IMG/VR virus record: IMGVR_UViG_3300029705_000244
DNA: 44,051 nt
Source of the DNA: a virus
Direction: 5' to 3' (one strand)
The notes beneath the pieces are model-generated. The model was not told the origin of the DNA. It searched no databases and was given only the letters and a program-made list of their open reading frames with translations. The position numbers and the translations under genes were made by a program. How positions within the stretch are numbered: position 1 is the first letter of the stretch; each line of letters begins with the position of its first letter. Shown piece by piece: positions 41,671-44,051 of the stretch.

Positions 41671-42875
41671 TGTATGAAACAGAAACTTATGAAGTGATTC
41701 TGCAACGTATGCTTGACCGTGTATCTGACAAACTGGATAAAAGGGAAAGTTCCCTGATTTGGGACACACACAGTTCAACCGCCATTGAACTTCAAGTTTT
41801 GTATATTGAACTTGAAACCTTGATTGTCAATTCATACGGTGACACCGCTGCAAGGGAATTTTTAATCAGACTTTGCAAAGACAGGGGTATCACCCCGGAA
41901 GAAGCAACCAACACAATCCTGAAAGGTGAATTTGTTCCGGCAACCATTGATGTGACCGGGCAACGTTTCAATATCGGTGATGTGAATTATTTGGTGACTG
42001 AAATGATAACACCGGGGTCATACAGGGTCATTTGTGAAACACCGGGTGTGATTGGAAATCAGTATTTGGGTCAGATGATTCCTATGGAATACATTGACGG
42101 TTTACAGACCGCAACCCTGACTGAAATCCTGATACCGGGTGAAGATGATGAAGATACCGAAGTGTTAAGACAAAGGTACTTTGACAGTTTCAAGGAACAG
42201 TCATTTGGTGGTAACCGTGCAGACTATATTGAAACTGTTAAGAAAATCAACGGTGTGGGTGATGTGAAGGTCACACGCATTTGGAACGGTGACATTCATC
42301 CGGCTGAAATGATTCCAAACACAACTGTTCAGACTTGGGTTCAGGCAAATATTGCTTCCCTTCCTGACGGTGATGTGAAGTCTTGGTTGTCAACCGTATT
42401 TGATGCAGCAAAGGAAAAGAAGTTGACCGTTGGCGGTACTGTCCTTGTTACAATCGTTGATTCAGATGACTTTGGTGAAGCATCCAAAACTTTGATTGAT
42501 ACGGTTCAGACTGCACTTGACCCAGTGCAAAATGCGGGTGAAGGTGTTGGACTTGCCCCTATTGGTCATGTGGTCAGTGTGAAATCAGCGGGTGCAACCT
42601 TGGTATATGTCACCACAACGGTGACCTTTGATGAAGGTTATAACTGGTCAAATCTGAAAACTGCAATTCAGGATGCAGTTGATGCGTACCTGTTGGAACT
42701 TAGACAGGGGTGGGCTGCAACAACATCCACCATTGTCAGAATCAGTCAGATTGAATCAAGAATACTTGCAGTTCCGGGTGTGGCAGATATTGCAAACACC
42801 AAGATAAACGGTTCAGCAAGCAACCTGACCCTTGGAACTTATAACATCCCAGTGATAGGGGGTGTGTCTGCATGA
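41670..42875 (+). CDS. Baseplate J-like protein (XkdT-like)
   Basis: N-terminus MYETETYEVILQRMLDRVSDKLDKRESSLIWD is typical of the baseplate J family. Confidence 0.85.
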   Translation: MYETETYEVILQRMLDRVSDKLDKRESSLIWDTHSSTAIELQVLYIELETLIVNSYGDTAAREFLIRLCKDRGITPEEATNTILKGEFVPATIDVTGQRFNIGDVNYLVTEMITPGSYRVICETPGVIGNQYLGQMIPMEYIDGLQTATLTEILIPGEDDEDTEVLRQRYFDSFKEQSFGGNRADYIETVKKINGVGDVKVTRIWNGDIHPAEMIPNTTVQTWVQANIASLPDGDVKSWLSTVFDAAKEKKLTVGGTVLVTIVDSDDFGEASKTLIDTVQTALDPVQNAGEGVGLAPIGHVVSVKSAGATLVYVTTTVTFDEGYNWSNLKTAIQDAVDAYLLELRQGWAATTSTIVRISQIESRILAVPGVADIANTKINGSASNLTLGTYNIPVIGGVSA

Positions 42876-43660
42876 TAAGGGAAGTTGACCTTGTTTCTTA
42901 TTTGCCGGAGTTCATGCAGTCCTACATTGAACCAGTCGCAGCACTGGAAGGGGAAAACCCTGAATTTGATATTATGTGGAAAGCGGTTGACAGGGTTTTG
43001 TGCAACCGCTTTATTGCAACCGCTGATGAATACGGTATTAGTCGATTTGAAAAGATGCTTGGTATTCACCCGGCAAATGAAGATACCCTTGAATCAAGAA
43101 GGTCAAGGGTTCACAGTAAATGGTTCAATAGAATACCGTACACATGGAAAACACTGCTGCAAAAACTGATTGTATTATGCAGTGACACAGATTTTACCTT
43201 GACCCACAATTTCACAGAAGGGTACACCCTGACGATTCAGACAAACCTTGAATTGTTCGGACAGGTGGAAGAACTTGAAAATATCATCAATCAGATGATT
43301 CCTTGTAATATCGTCATTGATTCACAGAACAGTATTCCTTGCAACATCAAGGGTGCTGCTCTGTTTGGTGGTGGAATGGTGTTCATCAATGGGTTCACTA
43401 TCACAAATGACTTCAAGGAAGTCTTTGCAGTGGAAAGCAACGTTGCCTTTGGTGGTGGTGTGGTCAGTGTGGAAGGTTTGGAAGTGTCAGATGCGTTCAA
43501 TGAAACAATGCGGGCTGACGGTTCAGCAAGTGTTGGCGGTGGGGTGGTTCACACCGCTATGTTACAAATCACAGAAGATTTTAATGAAACCTTGAAAGCA
43601 AATAGTGATGCACTGGTTGCATCCGGGGTTGTGACAGTGGATTTCATTGAAATAAAATAA
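42872..43660 (+). CDS. Tail protein (XkdU/YmfQ-like, DUF2313-like)
   Basis: LPEFMQSYIEPVAALEGENPEFDIMWKAVDRVLCNRFIATADEYGISRFEKMLGI pattern. Confidence 0.8.
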   Translation: MIREVDLVSYLPEFMQSYIEPVAALEGENPEFDIMWKAVDRVLCNRFIATADEYGISRFEKMLGIHPANEDTLESRRSRVHSKWFNRIPYTWKTLLQKLIVLCSDTDFTLTHNFTEGYTLTIQTNLELFGQVEELENIINQMIPCNIVIDSQNSIPCNIKGAALFGGGMVFINGFTITNDFKEVFAVESNVAFGGGVVSVEGLEVSDAFNETMRADGSASVGGGVVHTAMLQITEDFNETLKANSDALVASGVVTVDFIEIK

Positions 43661-43688
43661 AAAATCAGAAAGGAAATGGTGAAAAATA

Positions 43689-44051
43689 ATGGCAGAATTT
43701 TCAAAATTAGTCATTACACAAAACGGTCAGGCACTTATGGCAAAGATGATTGCCGGGACTGGTAACATTGAGTTCACAAAGATTTGTGCATCAAGTACCC
43801 AGTACACTGAAAATCAGTTGTCAGCCTTGACCGCACTTAGTAACGTGAAACAGACAACCCTTGTTTCCAAGGTTACAAGAACAAATGAGGTTGCAATCAA
43901 GGTTGAAGGTGCGTATACCAACGCAGAAGTGAAAACCGGGTATTATATGCGTACCCTTGGTTTGTATGCGATTGACCCTGACAAGGGTGAAATCTTATAT
44001 GCGGTTGCAATCGAAACATCAGGTAACTGTTATATGCCACCTTACAACGGT
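43689..44051 (+). CDS. Tail fibre protein, N-terminal part (tail-collar-fibre-like). Continues at 2-1570 across the circular junction.
   Basis: ATG 43689 after aggaaatggtga. MAEFSKLVITQNGQALMAKMIAG... The reading frame is open to the window end and is identical to bases 1-127. Confidence 0.85.
   Translation, partial: MAEFSKLVITQNGQALMAKMIAGTGNIEFTKICASSTQYTENQLSALTALSNVKQTTLVSKVTRTNEVAIKVEGAYTNAEVKTGYYMRTLGLYAIDPDKGEILYAVAIETSGNCYMPPYNG
43925..44051. repeat. Terminal direct repeat (copy of 1-127)
   Basis: Exact 127-nt identity with the window start. Confidence 0.9.

Noticed and set aside
1-44051. Searched by eye for tRNA or rRNA genes, a second VR-like copy of the TR, and toxin-antitoxin or known multi-gene defence cassettes
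   Set aside because: None were recognised. Intergenic regions are short and are accounted for by promoters, terminators and repeats. A second, more diverged VR or a tRNA cannot be fully excluded without tRNAscan-SE and a computed self-alignment.

Overview
The window is a complete, circularly closed genome of a temperate contractile-tailed phage. Bases 1-127 repeat exactly at 43925-44051, giving a unit length of 43924 bp. The gene content looks Firmicutes/Clostridia-type with a PBSX (Xkd)-like tail module. All family assignments come from reading motifs by eye; no database search was run. Gene order: (1) 3' part of the tail-fibre gene with a diversity-generating retroelement (VR 1428-1542, TR 1688-1802, reverse transcriptase 1977-3185); (2) small tail-fibre-associated ORFs and a lysis cassette with holin-like membrane proteins and a CHAP+2xLysM endolysin; (3) candidate attP and a tyrosine integrase on the minus strand; (4) an immunity region with an XRE/CI-like repressor and back-to-back near-consensus promoters; (5) an early/replication module: small ORFs, HTH proteins, Spo11/TopoVI-A-like Toprim protein, SNF2 helicase, membrane-anchored lytic transglycosylase, HNH endonuclease, VRR-NUC, HD hydrolase, P-loop ATPase, DUF669-like protein, family-B-like DNA polymerase, prim-pol/D5-type primase-helicase; (6) PAPS-reductase-like PP-loop enzyme, MazG and a sigma-like late regulator; (7) terS/terL, SPP1-type portal and a MuF minor head protein fused to an ADP-ribosyltransferase domain; (8) a two-gene moron island including a DUF2829 (Tad2-like) protein; (9) scaffold, capsid, connectors, sheath, tube, chaperone with a -1 frameshift, tape measure, baseplate (XkdP-U-like) and the tail-fibre 5' end. 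Items most worth follow-up: (a) the Avd-less DGR on the tail fibre; (b) a promoter-to-terminator unit of about 80 nt (7047-7163) that looks like an antisense small RNA, whose sequence recurs as an inverted copy in the leader of the rightward early operon, covering the ribosome-binding region of its first gene; (c) two homologous regulatory modules 15.7 kb apart (7513-7686 and 23283-23542), each an AT-rich promoter-like core flanked by opposed arrays of GGTTACGG; (d) four copies of the palindrome TGTGGA-N7-TCCACA at early-gene junctions.
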